A DNA stretch of 64,000 nt from a virus. The notes under the pieces were generated by a model. The model was not told the origin of the DNA. It saw nothing but the letters and a program-made list of their open reading frames with translations, and did not search any database. The DNA lies in IMG/VR virus record IMGVR_UViG_3300026544_000002, positions 38,492 through 102,491 of that record, one strand, 5' to 3'. The first letter of the stretch is position 1, and every line of letters begins with the position of its first letter. The translations under genes were made by a program, and so were the position numbers. Shown one piece after another: positions 31,249 to 40,867 of this stretch.

Positions 31249-33246
31249 TTATTCTATAACCTGTATAAGACACAAATCGCTACCATATTGACCATCAAAA
31301 CACCCACCTTCATCGAAATTCATAAAATTACCAGATTGTGCAACAACAGATGTGATAGTTTCTCCTGCATTTTCAGGAGGAAAAAATTCAGGAGGTATAT
31401 TAATAACTTCTGTATCCACATATGCATCATGTTGGAAATCTGGATGTGAAGGATTTTCATAATCAGCTAAAACAGTAAAACCTTGTAAACAATTCAATGG
31501 TTCTTGTGGATGGTCTTCTATATATGTCATAAAAGAATTTTCTCTCCCATCACATGCACCACCTATATCATAAAAAGATCCACAATCATATGTATCTCTC
31601 GAATAAAAACTATCAGGAGTTAATTCTTCACACGTATCATTACAACACGGTTTGCTATTACACGTATCCCAATCAAGAGTGACTTCTACAATATGATCTT
31701 CTGGTGCATCTTCTACAATAACAGATTCAGTATTTCTATCATCTTCTACAAAAGCCATATCATATGCTAGTAATCTAGCATGATATGGTTTAAAGAAATC
31801 CAGTAATGGAGACATTATTCTTTTGAATTCTAATGTTCCAAATAATACAAAATTCAAATGAGGAAGTGCAATAGATAAATAACTACTTACCCATTTCATC
31901 AAATCTTCTAAAAGATTCCCAAGAACAATTGTTTCAGGATTTATATCATATAAATCATTTATTCTTTTAAATAATTCTGGATTTATTAATTCTAAAACTT
32001 TTCCAGCTACTTTTTCATTTTGAAGAAAATTAGTAGATGTCAATCGAGAAAATTTATCTAAAAAATATTCCTGATTATTTTTTATATCATCTCTTGTTAA
32101 AGGATAATTTTCTAAATATTCTTTAAAATCTTCTATTATATTAAGATATGATGCATCTGTTCCATCATAACAAAGAAAATTTTCTCCATGATCTCCTAAT
32201 TGCGAAGATGTATCCCATATAGGATTTGTTGGATGTTTTATATTTACTTCTGTTCCATAATATCGATAATACGTATAGACACATGATAAATATAATTCTA
32301 AAACAGAAGCGTCCATCGTACATGATTCTATATATAATTCTTTTGGAGGATCTACTTTTGTTGATAAAATTGATTGTGCCCATGCTTGATATTGATCTTG
32401 TACTCTTCTTGAAATGAATGTCATTAATTTGACATAATCATTTACATTTATAAAATGACGTAATGAAAAATATGGACTTTTTGTAGGAAGATGTAAACCA
32501 TTATTATTCTGACCATATACAATAGATTTTTCAGAAGTCAAATAATGAGGATCCCATTGTGTAACTTCATCATATGGAAGAATATCTGTTTGTGTTGAAT
32601 ACCATTTTCCAGTATAATCAGAAGAAGTAGAATGAAATTCCACTTTTTGTGTAGATCGTCTAACATATGTAAAATATTCAAGTAATTCTATATTAGGAAA
32701 ACCAAAATATGTTAATGTATTTAAAAGAGTTCTAGGAGAACCTTTTTGTTTATAAAGATTAACTAAATCATAATAAAAATTTACTTTATTATAATTAATA
32801 TCTAATCCATAATTAGATAATTGTGTCGAAAATAAAAATCCTTTAGATCGAAAAGCTTCATCTAAATGTTCATCGGGCATCCCATATAAATCAGATACAT
32901 TCTTCTGGACTGAAACCATTGTTTTTAATGCAGTGTACCAATCAATAACCAATTTCCTTATTTTGTTCCAATCTGATGTATTGAATGATAATTGATCAAT
33001 AGTTTTTTCGAACAAAATGTTCGAAGATGATAAATCTGATAATGAAGCTGTTATAACAGGTTTTCCTAATTTAGAACCTGTTGATAATTTGTCATATTCA
33101 TCTTTAACTAGCTGTTTTGTTATATCATCTAACATATCAAATTTAGTAGGATGAAATATATAATCCAATATTTCTTCACTATACTCTGATTCACCAAAAC
33201 TTTTTAGAAAATCAAATATTTTTTCGTAATCTTTTATTAACCACAT
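31249..33246 (-). CDS. baseplate wedge protein (gp7 / P2 gpI-like)
   Basis: LVNLYKQKGSP and FFKPYHARL motifs. Confidence 0.65.
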   Translation of the reverse strand: MWLIKDYEKIFDFLKSFGESEYSEEILDYIFHPTKFDMLDDITKQLVKDEYDKLSTGSKLGKPVITASLSDLSSSNILFEKTIDQLSFNTSDWNKIRKLVIDWYTALKTMVSVQKNVSDLYGMPDEHLDEAFRSKGFLFSTQLSNYGLDINYNKVNFYYDLVNLYKQKGSPRTLLNTLTYFGFPNIELLEYFTYVRRSTQKVEFHSTSSDYTGKWYSTQTDILPYDEVTQWDPHYLTSEKSIVYGQNNNGLHLPTKSPYFSLRHFINVNDYVKLMTFISRRVQDQYQAWAQSILSTKVDPPKELYIESCTMDASVLELYLSCVYTYYRYYGTEVNIKHPTNPIWDTSSQLGDHGENFLCYDGTDASYLNIIEDFKEYLENYPLTRDDIKNNQEYFLDKFSRLTSTNFLQNEKVAGKVLELINPELFKRINDLYDINPETIVLGNLLEDLMKWVSSYLSIALPHLNFVLFGTLEFKRIMSPLLDFFKPYHARLLAYDMAFVEDDRNTESVIVEDAPEDHIVEVTLDWDTCNSKPCCNDTCEELTPDSFYSRDTYDCGSFYDIGGACDGRENSFMTYIEDHPQEPLNCLQGFTVLADYENPSHPDFQHDAYVDTEVINIPPEFFPPENAGETITSVVAQSGNFMNFDEGGCFDGQYGSDLCLIQVIE

Positions 33247-33256
33247 ATGATATAAC

Positions 33257-34021
33257 CTATGATTCTACTAAATCAGATCCATTTTTAATTATTTGTTGAA
33301 ACACATTATCTATTACATATATTTCATACAAATGTTCAAACAAATTATTACTTAAATAATTTGTTCCATCCCATTGATAAAAGAGGAAATCTTTGTTAAC
33401 CATTAAATTTAAATACAAAAAAATTAATTTTGATAATGGAGAAATTAAAGTATTAAATGAAACACTCAATAACCATTTATGCTCATCAGGTAATAAAACT
33501 AAATTATTAGAAGGAACAGATTCTTGTTCATAAATAATGATTGCTGTTGAATCACATCGATAAATATTTAATGCATCCAACATTAAAAAATCATCTTCTT
33601 CTAAATTGAATATATTTGTTGAAGCAGTTGAATCTACACAACATTGTGATGAATTATGATTGATAGTGTTTAAAAAATCTGTTGATGTAGCATCACATGG
33701 AGTGTATACTAAATCAAAATTAGTTGAATCACAACATGGTAAATAATATTCGGTATGTGTATATACCATTAATCTATCTCTAATTGAAACAGGCCATGCT
33801 AATTTATCTTCTATTTTAGTATAACAATGTGTATAATTTGGATAATGCCAATCATCATCAAATAACATTCTTATAAAAGATCGACATTCAGCAAAATGCT
33901 CATTATATATCTCACCTGGTATCGGTACTTCATACCGATCCACCTGATTTGTTTTCAAGTATTTATTGAAGTATTTTTGCAAATCAGGAAACATTTTCGC
34001 TGAACCTGGGTATAATGCCAT
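33257..34021 (-). CDS. hypothetical virion protein
   Basis: 254-aa ORF in the baseplate operon. Confidence 0.65.
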   Translation of the reverse strand: MALYPGSAKMFPDLQKYFNKYLKTNQVDRYEVPIPGEIYNEHFAECRSFIRMLFDDDWHYPNYTHCYTKIEDKLAWPVSIRDRLMVYTHTEYYLPCCDSTNFDLVYTPCDATSTDFLNTINHNSSQCCVDSTASTNIFNLEEDDFLMLDALNIYRCDSTAIIIYEQESVPSNNLVLLPDEHKWLLSVSFNTLISPLSKLIFLYLNLMVNKDFLFYQWDGTNYLSNNLFEHLYEIYVIDNVFQQIIKNGSDLVES

Positions 34022-34027
34022 ATTTAA

Positions 34028-34390
34028 TTATCCCTTACGAGGTAAACATTCGACCACATATTGAACACCTTCATCTTCTGGTGATATATCTTCTTTTCCA
34101 GGTGGAACATTTAATGCTTCACCAGTTTTTCTTCCAAAAGCATCAAAGAAATATATATCTATATTAAATTTCATACCAACTGTATGAAATGCTCTTTCAA
34201 TTCACGTTACAAATGGAAAGATGTATGCCTTGTTATATGGTATTGAATCATAAACAGACAGTCCATCTTCCATTTCTTCGTATGTTTGAAAAGAATAAAC
34301 TTCTTTGAATTGTTTTAAGAATATATCTAAATCAGATACTTTCTGTGTTTGTTTTAAAAAAGCTTCAAATAATTTTGTTCTTTTTCTCAT
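34028..34390 (-). pseudogene. DUF192-family gene interrupted by an in-frame TGA at 34202-34204
   Basis: ..DGLSVYDSIPYNKAYIFPFVT*IERAFHTVGMKFNIDIYFFDAFG..NVPPG..QYVVECLPRKG*; DUF192 pattern spans the stop. Confidence 0.65.
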
Positions 34391-34408
34391 CTATTTACCT
34401 CGTCTGAT

Positions 34409-35281
34409 CTATTTACTAAAACTTTTTTTAATTTTATTTATTTTATCTTGAATCATTTGTTTAAATTTATTTGGATCAGATGTTTTATTAGCCATTGATT
34501 TTGCTTTAGCTAATTGTTGTACTTGTGCATTTTTAGCTTTATTTGTATCACCAAATTTAGCTTTATATAATTTATATGCACCATATGCAGCGGCAGCGGC
34601 AGCGGCAACACCTACACCAACTTTTAGATTATGGGCATTATTTCCCATGAAAAAATCTTTAAAATGTTTAACAGCATTTTGAAAAGATGATTGTGCATTT
34701 CCGGTTTGATTTGCAATTTCTTCTCCGACATGCCCCATGTCAGATTTTTGTTTTTGTACTCTAACATGTGGTTTGTGTTTATGAGGGATTGGATCATCAA
34801 AACCACTCTTAGTATGGTTTATTTTTGTATTTTTTGTAGGATGAGGATTATCGAATCCCTTTGATGTTTGTTTATTTGCAATTTGATTCCCTACTTTTCC
34901 CATATCAGATTTATTTATTTGTTTCACTGGTTTTGCTTTAGGAGTAGGTTCATCTTCATCAGGAAAAAAATCATCTTCTCTTGAAACTGTTTCTTGTAAA
35001 TTTTCTTTTAAAATACTAAAAGAATTATTATTTGCATCAATATCTAATTTTAAATCACCTTCAAAAAACATTTCACTAAAAGCATGAGCAATTCCTTCTG
35101 TATATGCTTGTTTATCTTCATTTTCTGGAATAGTTTTTCCAATTAATGAAAGTGATAAAATATCACCATCTGAAAAGTTTTCAATTACATAATTTTTATC
35201 ACTTTCTGTCAATGATTCATTTAATTCATCTACTAAATTAGAACGTAATGAAGTAATGAAATATAAAGATTCTTTATTCAT
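34409..35281 (-). CDS. paralogue family protein (Cys-less member)
   Basis: FSDGDILSLSLIGK N-domain; VGVGVAAAAAAAYGAYKLYK; KTSDPNKFK. Confidence 0.72.
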   Translation of the reverse strand: MNKESLYFITSLRSNLVDELNESLTESDKNYVIENFSDGDILSLSLIGKTIPENEDKQAYTEGIAHAFSEMFFEGDLKLDIDANNNSFSILKENLQETVSREDDFFPDEDEPTPKAKPVKQINKSDMGKVGNQIANKQTSKGFDNPHPTKNTKINHTKSGFDDPIPHKHKPHVRVQKQKSDMGHVGEEIANQTGNAQSSFQNAVKHFKDFFMGNNAHNLKVGVGVAAAAAAAYGAYKLYKAKFGDTNKAKNAQVQQLAKAKSMANKTSDPNKFKQMIQDKINKIKKSFSK

Positions 35282-35283
35282 AA

Positions 35284-35928
35284 TTAAATTTTCCTTTGAA
35301 TCATAGAAGCTATCTCTATGATTCCTTGTGTATATGCTTTGATTAAAAGATCATATTTTTCAATAGCAGCAATTTGATAATCACTATCATTGTCAATAAA
35401 AAACGGTTCTGAAATAATACATGGAGCGTTTGTACTTTTTAATAAATATCCTCCTCTATCTTCTGCTGATTTTTCACGAATATCTCTATTTTTCAAATTG
35501 AGATATTTCAACAAATTACGTTGTAGGATAGTTGCAAATTTCTTTCCTTTTTCAGATTTATGATAATATAAAACTTCTGAACCCGTTGCTTTTTTATTAA
35601 AAGCATTACAATGTAATGAAATTACAAAATCTGGATTCAATTCATTTATATCATTTGGTAATGAAGCATAAGTTCTTCTATATATTCGATATATATCTAT
35701 ATCAGTTTTATCTATTTGTGATTCAATATTTTTTGACAATGTTTCATTAAATTCGAATTCATGCATATCGAATTTTTTATTATATGCACCTTGTGATGTT
35801 TTTTTATGTCCAATAACTAATGCACATTTAATTCTGTTCTTAGATGTTTCGTTTGAATTTTTCATTTTAATACCACTTGGTTTATCAGATTTTAATATAT
35901 TAATAAACCATTCGATAAAATTATACAT
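35284..35928 (-). CDS. N-acetylmuramoyl-L-alanine amidase (Amidase_3), probable endolysin
   Basis: VIGH, E..FN, ISLHCNA, GSEVLY, LL..T.APCIISEPFFIDN. Confidence 0.9.
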   Translation of the reverse strand: MYNFIEWFINILKSDKPSGIKMKNSNETSKNRIKCALVIGHKKTSQGAYNKKFDMHEFEFNETLSKNIESQIDKTDIDIYRIYRRTYASLPNDINELNPDFVISLHCNAFNKKATGSEVLYYHKSEKGKKFATILQRNLLKYLNLKNRDIREKSAEDRGGYLLKSTNAPCIISEPFFIDNDSDYQIAAIEKYDLLIKAYTQGIIEIASMIQRKI

Positions 35929-35970
35929 TGTTTCGATTCCTCTCGACTAACCTATTATTGTAGATATTCA

Positions 35971-36046
35971 TGGCTCCAGCGGTAGGAATCGAACCTACGA
36001 CCACAAGATTAACAGTCTTGAGCTCTACCAACTGAGCTACACTGGA
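35971..36046 (-). tRNA. tRNA-Asn(GTT)
   Basis: TCCAGTG acceptor, AGCTCAGTTGGTAGAGC D-arm, CAAGA-CTGTTAA-TCTTG anticodon arm, GGTTCGATTCC, encoded CCA. Confidence 0.95.
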
Positions 36047-36060
36047 ATAAATTATTTCTC

Positions 36061-36075
36061 TCAATATTATGTTCC
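36061..36075 (-). promoter_or_regulatory. late-promoter motif GGAACATAATATTGA
   Basis: Exact copy 15 nt upstream of tRNA-Asn. Confidence 0.6.
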
Positions 36076-36104
36076 CATTATTGATATTAAAATCTTCTAT
36101 TTGT

Positions 36105-36118
36105 TATATATATTCAAT
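36105..36118 (+). promoter_or_regulatory. putative early/middle promoter motif TATATATATT
   Basis: Heads the 36.1-38.6 kb plus-strand island. Confidence 0.45.
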
Positions 36119-36157
36119 ATTGATAAAGAATCTTTTAATTTTAAAAAAGGAGTTATT

Positions 36158-36418
36158 ATGAAAATCGTAAATAAGAGAAAAAAGAATATGAACAAAACAG
36201 AAACAAAAACAGTTGGTTTACAAGAAGTTTGTATCAAATCAGATAAAGTATCACCAGCTATTATGATTTTCAAATGTCCGATTTGTAAAACAGTAAAATC
36301 TGTAGATAATAATGATATTATTGAAAAAGATAATATCAAAGTTATTATTTGTAATAATTTTAAATGCAAACAAACATTCAAAATAAAATATGAGGATAAT
36401 CATGACAGAATATTCTAA
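36158..36418 (+). CDS. small zinc-ribbon protein
   Basis: CPIC...CNNFKC; AAGGAG before ATG 36158. Confidence 0.6.
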   Translation: MKIVNKRKKNMNKTETKTVGLQEVCIKSDKVSPAIMIFKCPICKTVKSVDNNDIIEKDNIKVIICNNFKCKQTFKIKYEDNHDRIF

Positions 36419-36668
36419 AAAATTTTTTGACGTAGATGTAGTAGATATTGCATATCAAATTATTGCAATGTATAAAGAAAATGAAGATTTGAAACACGAA
36501 TTGAAACATACTAAAGAATTGCTTGTTATTCATAAAAAATCATTAGATAGTCAAATCGACCAGCAGAAAAATATGTTAGGCATGATAATGACTGCTGGCT
36601 TCGATCAACAAAGAGCACGACTACTCGATCAAAAAAGAAAACATTCGTGTAAAAAGGAAAAAGGATAG
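36402..36668 (+). CDS. hypothetical coiled-coil protein
   Basis: ORF track 36390..36668; GAGG before ATG 36402. Confidence 0.55.
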   Translation: MTEYSKKFFDVDVVDIAYQIIAMYKENEDLKHELKHTKELLVIHKKSLDSQIDQQKNMLGMIMTAGFDQQRARLLDQKRKHSCKKEKG

Positions 36669-36670
36669 AT

Positions 36671-37054
36671 ATGAATAAACGATTTATTTATGATAAGGAT
36701 TGTAAAAATATGGGGAAGTGTCGAAAATGCAAAGGTTCAGGAATGATAAGAGGAGAATATATCCGTCCAGATACAGGACCAGAAAGTGGTATGGCAAACT
36801 ATTTTGACCCATACCATTCGTGTCCAAAATGCAATGGTACTGGTTCAGATCGTTTAATTATTCAATTAACTAAACATATGTCTTATTTCGAACCAGTATT
36901 TAATCGTATGAATCGCATTTCTAAAGTATTTCCTTCCTATTGTTTCATTAAAAAAACAATTACGAATAAAAAACTGAAAACATCAATGATTGGTAATATG
37001 AAACAAATAATTCAAAAAAATTTGGATGATATGTTTACAAAAAAGAGGATATAA
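36671..37054 (+). CDS. DnaJ-type CxxCxGxG zinc-finger protein
   Basis: CRKCKGSG and CPKCNGTG. Confidence 0.65.
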   Translation: MNKRFIYDKDCKNMGKCRKCKGSGMIRGEYIRPDTGPESGMANYFDPYHSCPKCNGTGSDRLIIQLTKHMSYFEPVFNRMNRISKVFPSYCFIKKTITNKKLKTSMIGNMKQIIQKNLDDMFTKKRI

Positions 37055-37056
37055 AA

Positions 37057-37698
37057 ATGTATGATATGAACAAACGATTCACACATGATTGTGATGATTG
37101 TATTTTTCTTGGACAGTATAATGAATTTGATTTATATTTTTGTCCAAAAGAAAGTACAACAGTTATTGCTAGATATGGAGATGAAGGAGGAGATTATCAT
37201 TCTGGATTAGAATTTGCCAGATCAAAAAGAATACCTCAATTAGTAGAAGCTTTTAACAGAGCAATTAATAAAGGATATATAGAAAACACAGAGAATCATA
37301 AAGAAAAATATGGTAAATTGGTGTTGGTTAGGGGATTACCAGGTTCTGGAAAATCGACATTTGCAGAACAAACTTTTCCTGAACATGAACATGTAGAAAC
37401 AGATATGTTTTTTATGAAAAACGGTGAATATGAATTTAATTATTCAAAATTAAAAACATATCATGCAACATGTCAATTTTTAACACAACAATTATTATTA
37501 CAAGGAAAAGATGTTGTCGTATCCAATACTTTTGTTCGTTTGTGGGAATTGGAAAAATACACAACGATGAAATTTTCTGAATTAACTGTTATTAGATTAT
37601 TAACTGTATATGAAAATATACACAATGTTCCTAATGATATCATGGGAAAAATGAAAAATAATATGGAGGATTATGATGGAGAAATTATTATTGAATAA
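37057..37698 (+). CDS. AAA_33 / polynucleotide kinase-like P-loop protein with an extra N-terminal domain
   Basis: LVRGLPGSGKST, VVVSNTF, NIHNVP..M; N-terminal HDCDDC..DLYFC..ARYG domain. Confidence 0.8.
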   Translation: MYDMNKRFTHDCDDCIFLGQYNEFDLYFCPKESTTVIARYGDEGGDYHSGLEFARSKRIPQLVEAFNRAINKGYIENTENHKEKYGKLVLVRGLPGSGKSTFAEQTFPEHEHVETDMFFMKNGEYEFNYSKLKTYHATCQFLTQQLLLQGKDVVVSNTFVRLWELEKYTTMKFSELTVIRLLTVYENIHNVPNDIMGKMKNNMEDYDGEIIIE

Positions 37699-37713
37699 AG
37701 CAAAGGTATATTA

Positions 37714-38259
37714 ATGTATATATCAATGGAAAATTTATTAGCTACTAGAGAATGGTGGACATATGGACATGTGCGAAAATATTTAAAACCTGTTAAATAT
37801 ATGAATGAAATTGAATACTATGATTATATTGATATTTCTATTGTTGAAACTCTTGAACGATTAGAATTATTGAAAAAGAAAATGAAAATTGATATTATCA
37901 AAAAAGGAGGAGAATGCCATAGAATACATAATATTATTAATTGGATAAGAGTTACGATTCCAGAAGAAATAGATATTCAAAAAATAATAAAAAAAATAAA
38001 ACATCATAAAAAATCAGTTCAACATAAATATAACAATAGAATATCAAAAAAACAAAATAGTAAAATTGCTATTTTGGCATTCATTAGACATAATTATACT
38101 AATTATGAAGATATCATATATAATCAAATTGATGAAATTATAAAAATAAGTAGTGATATTGATAAAAATAATTTGATTAAAAAATTAAAAGACAATATAA
38201 ATAATTCACTTTTATACAGATTTCCTGAAATAAAAGGAAATAAAGGAGATAAAAAATAA
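37714..38259 (+). CDS. hypothetical protein
   Basis: 181-aa ORF with FIRHNYTNYE motif. Confidence 0.6.
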   Translation: MYISMENLLATREWWTYGHVRKYLKPVKYMNEIEYYDYIDISIVETLERLELLKKKMKIDIIKKGGECHRIHNIINWIRVTIPEEIDIQKIIKKIKHHKKSVQHKYNNRISKKQNSKIAILAFIRHNYTNYEDIIYNQIDEIIKISSDIDKNNLIKKLKDNINNSLLYRFPEIKGNKGDKK

Positions 38260-38642
38260 TGGAAACGATAAAGAATTTTTGTGTGGCTGTGCTGTGTTCA
38301 TTTATTATTGGCATATTAGTATTAACAAGTTATCTTATAACAGTCAGAATTGAATCTGATCGACATGCTAATATGACAATACGAGAAATCGTATTGATGT
38401 TAGAAACAGAAAATTTTGTTAGAAAAGAATGGTTGGAAAATGGAGGGGATAAAATTTATCTAACTAAAAAAATAAATGACAATAATATCAGAATTAAATT
38501 TTTTCAGAAAAAAATAAAAGATAATTCTGATATAACAAAAGAATTTAAATCAGAAATGAATATAATGCTTAAAAAATTTCAAAAGAAAATAAAAAATAAT
38601 TCTGATATAACAAAAGAATTTAAATCAGGAAATACTTTATAA
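38259..38642 (+). CDS. membrane-anchored hypothetical protein with C-terminal duplication
   Basis: N-terminal TM; FQKKIKxNSDITKEFKS twice. Confidence 0.6.
   Translation: METIKNFCVAVLCSFIIGILVLTSYLITVRIESDRHANMTIREIVLMLETENFVRKEWLENGGDKIYLTKKINDNNIRIKFFQKKIKDNSDITKEFKSEMNIMLKKFQKKIKNNSDITKEFKSGNTL
38521..38628 (+). repeat. 33-bp perfect direct repeat, 75-bp period
   Basis: ATAATTCTGATATAACAAAAGAATTTAAATCAG at 38521 and 38596. Confidence 0.85.
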
Positions 38643-38650
38643 TTATTTCG

Positions 38651-38695
38651 AACAAAAATCAAAGAGAGTGTAATTTATTCTCTTTGATTTTTGTT
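38651..38695. terminator. bidirectional terminator between convergent genes
   Basis: AACAAAAATCAAAGAGA / TCTCTTTGATTTTTGTT. Confidence 0.7.
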
Positions 38696-38704
38696 TAAAA
38701 TATT

Positions 38705-39535
38705 TTATTTCATTTTTTTCTTTTTTAATGTGTTTATTTTTAATTGAGATTTTTGTATTAATTTATTTATTCGTTCTTTACATTTATTTGGATCTTTTGT
38801 TAACTTACAATTTTTCATGTTATCTTTATATATTTTAATAGTTTCTTCGATAGCTTTTATTTTTACATTTGTGATGCATACTTCTTTATTATATCCAGAT
38901 TTTCCTGCACATGTTTTTCCCGCAACAGTAAAATATCTTTTATACACTTTGTATCCGATCATAGCAGTTGCAGCAATCAACAGAGTAGCACCAATCAGAC
39001 CAACTCCTATACCGTCATCTGTCACTATTGCTTTTTTAGTATCTGCTACCATATCTTTGAATTGATTGCGTATAGAATGTTGAGAAATATCTGATCTTTC
39101 ATCCCTAAGACGTGCTATTTGTTTTAAAATATTATCGTGCATCTTAGATGAGAAACGACTATTTATTTTTATTAATTGGTTTGATTGTTTTTGCAAACTT
39201 TTTATAGCTTCGTCTATATCTTCTTTTCTCCATTTTGCGTTTAATACATAAGAATCTGTCGTAACTCCTTCTAATAATGATTCTCTTTCATCTATTATAT
39301 TATTCTGTTCCAATATAGTCATATATTTATCAATCAATTTTTGTTCAACAAAAATATTATCTTCTTTTAAAACTTTACCATACATAATTAATGATAGAAT
39401 ATTAGCATCAGATGCGTCTTCTTTAATATAATTAATCATTATTTCATCATCTGTTAATTCTTTAATATGATTTAATAATGCATTTCTATTACATTCAAAA
39501 AATACATAACGATCTAAATCTGATAAAATATCCAT
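38705..39535 (-). CDS. paralogue family protein
   Basis: EDASDANILSLIMYGK; IGVGLIGATLLIAATAMIGYKVYKRYF..TCAGK..C..C..DPNKC. Confidence 0.75.
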   Translation of the reverse strand: MDILSDLDRYVFFECNRNALLNHIKELTDDEIMINYIKEDASDANILSLIMYGKVLKEDNIFVEQKLIDKYMTILEQNNIIDERESLLEGVTTDSYVLNAKWRKEDIDEAIKSLQKQSNQLIKINSRFSSKMHDNILKQIARLRDERSDISQHSIRNQFKDMVADTKKAIVTDDGIGVGLIGATLLIAATAMIGYKVYKRYFTVAGKTCAGKSGYNKEVCITNVKIKAIEETIKIYKDNMKNCKLTKDPNKCKERINKLIQKSQLKINTLKKKKMK

Positions 39536-39545
39536 TTGTTTTTCC

Positions 39546-40118
39546 TCACTTTATCATATATGCATATCTACCAAATGCATCTAAAGTTTTAGGTTTGATA
39601 TCTACAATATGTTTTTTTAATTTATTCACTGTTTCTTCTACTTTTTTTCTATATACACTTTTATGAACATCGTCAATAATAATTGGACAACCTGTATCAG
39701 CAAAACTTAGAATATATTCTAAGTTTTCTGATCTAGCTGACATATTACCCAAATCATATAATATAAAATCATATTTTTTCACAGGCATTCTTTTTGTTTT
39801 AAAATCTTCAAATGTATATAGGTGATCTAAATTCAAATCATTATTAGATAAAAATTTATTTGTCTGTGTTAACCATTCCATAGATGTATCAACAGAAACA
39901 ACTTTACATTTTGAAGGAGCATTTGATTTTTGATAATATCTAAACACAAATGAACTATAACCACTTCCCAAATCTAAAATTTTTATACATTTATGTTTGT
40001 TAATATATTTCCACATAAAAGAAGCTAATTCAAATGATATAGCCATTGTTTGATTAGAAATAGTAGATGTATAAATTTTATATTTTTGTCTGATCATATT
40101 ATCCATAATTTTATCCAA
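39546..40118 (-). CDS. class I SAM-dependent methyltransferase
   Basis: ILDLGSGYSS, VVSVD..W, YDFILYD, IIIDD. Confidence 0.8.
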   Translation of the reverse strand: MDKIMDNMIRQKYKIYTSTISNQTMAISFELASFMWKYINKHKCIKILDLGSGYSSFVFRYYQKSNAPSKCKVVSVDTSMEWLTQTNKFLSNNDLNLDHLYTFEDFKTKRMPVKKYDFILYDLGNMSARSENLEYILSFADTGCPIIIDDVHKSVYRKKVEETVNKLKKHIVDIKPKTLDAFGRYAYMIK

Positions 40119-40587
40119 TTATTTTATTCAAGTATTTATTTTTTAAATATTGAAGAAAAATTGCTACCACAAATACTGATATTACAGGAATTAATTTATT
40201 TTTTATATCTCCACCATGCATATGACGAAGTTGATTCCTTGAAATCCAACACAGTATTGCCAATAAAATAAATACTGAAGTGGTAACACCTTTGTTTTCA
40301 GATTTTTTATTGATTTGTGATGTATATTTTTTAACAAATTCATTAGGATTGGATATATCATTCTGTTCAATATCAGAATTTATATCTGATATCACCGATT
40401 TCATTTTTTTCATTGTTTTTGAAATATCAATTTTTTGTTCTTTTAATTTATTTGAAACAAAATTTTCCAATGAATTTATTTTATTTTTAAAATTTGTTAT
40501 AGAATCATTTGCTGAGAAAGAAAACAAAGATTCATTTAAAAAATTGTCATTATTATAATAATTTTCTAAAAATATATACTGATCCAT
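40111..40587 (-). CDS. hypothetical protein with two C-terminal hydrophobic helices
   Basis: SVFILLAILCW and LIPVISVFVVAIFL. Confidence 0.6.
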   Translation of the reverse strand: MDQYIFLENYYNNDNFLNESLFSFSANDSITNFKNKINSLENFVSNKLKEQKIDISKTMKKMKSVISDINSDIEQNDISNPNEFVKKYTSQINKKSENKGVTTSVFILLAILCWISRNQLRHMHGGDIKNKLIPVISVFVVAIFLQYLKNKYLNKIIG

Positions 40588-40591
40588 TTGA

Positions 40592-40771
40592 TTATACCTC
40601 CGTCAAAATCTGTCTACCATCATTAGCAGTTGGTGTGTATTGATTACTTTCATTCATTTCATCTTTTACACATGGACATTGATTTATATGAGGAGCATTT
40701 ACTTTTCCACATTTAGGACATATCCATCCTTTTGCCTCTTGATTCATCTGATCTTTTTTCATGATTAACAT
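40592..40771 (-). CDS. small zinc-finger protein (59 aa, not in ORF track)
   Basis: GAGG RBS; ...GWICPKCGKVNAPHINQCPC... Confidence 0.65.
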   Translation of the reverse strand: MLIMKKDQMNQEAKGWICPKCGKVNAPHINQCPCVKDEMNESNQYTPTANDGRQILTEV

Positions 40772-40789
40772 TCCTCGTATTTTATAAAA

Positions 40790-40864
40790 TGGAGCCGATG
40801 ATAGGACTCGAACCTACATGAAACGGTTTACAATACCGTGCCCTAGCCATTAGGTAACATCGGC
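40790..40864 (-). tRNA. tRNA-Thr(TGT)
   Basis: GCCGATG/CATCGGC acceptor, ACGGT-ATTGTAA-ACCGT anticodon arm, GGTTCGAGTCC, encoded CCA. Confidence 0.85.
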
Positions 40865-40867
40865 AAA

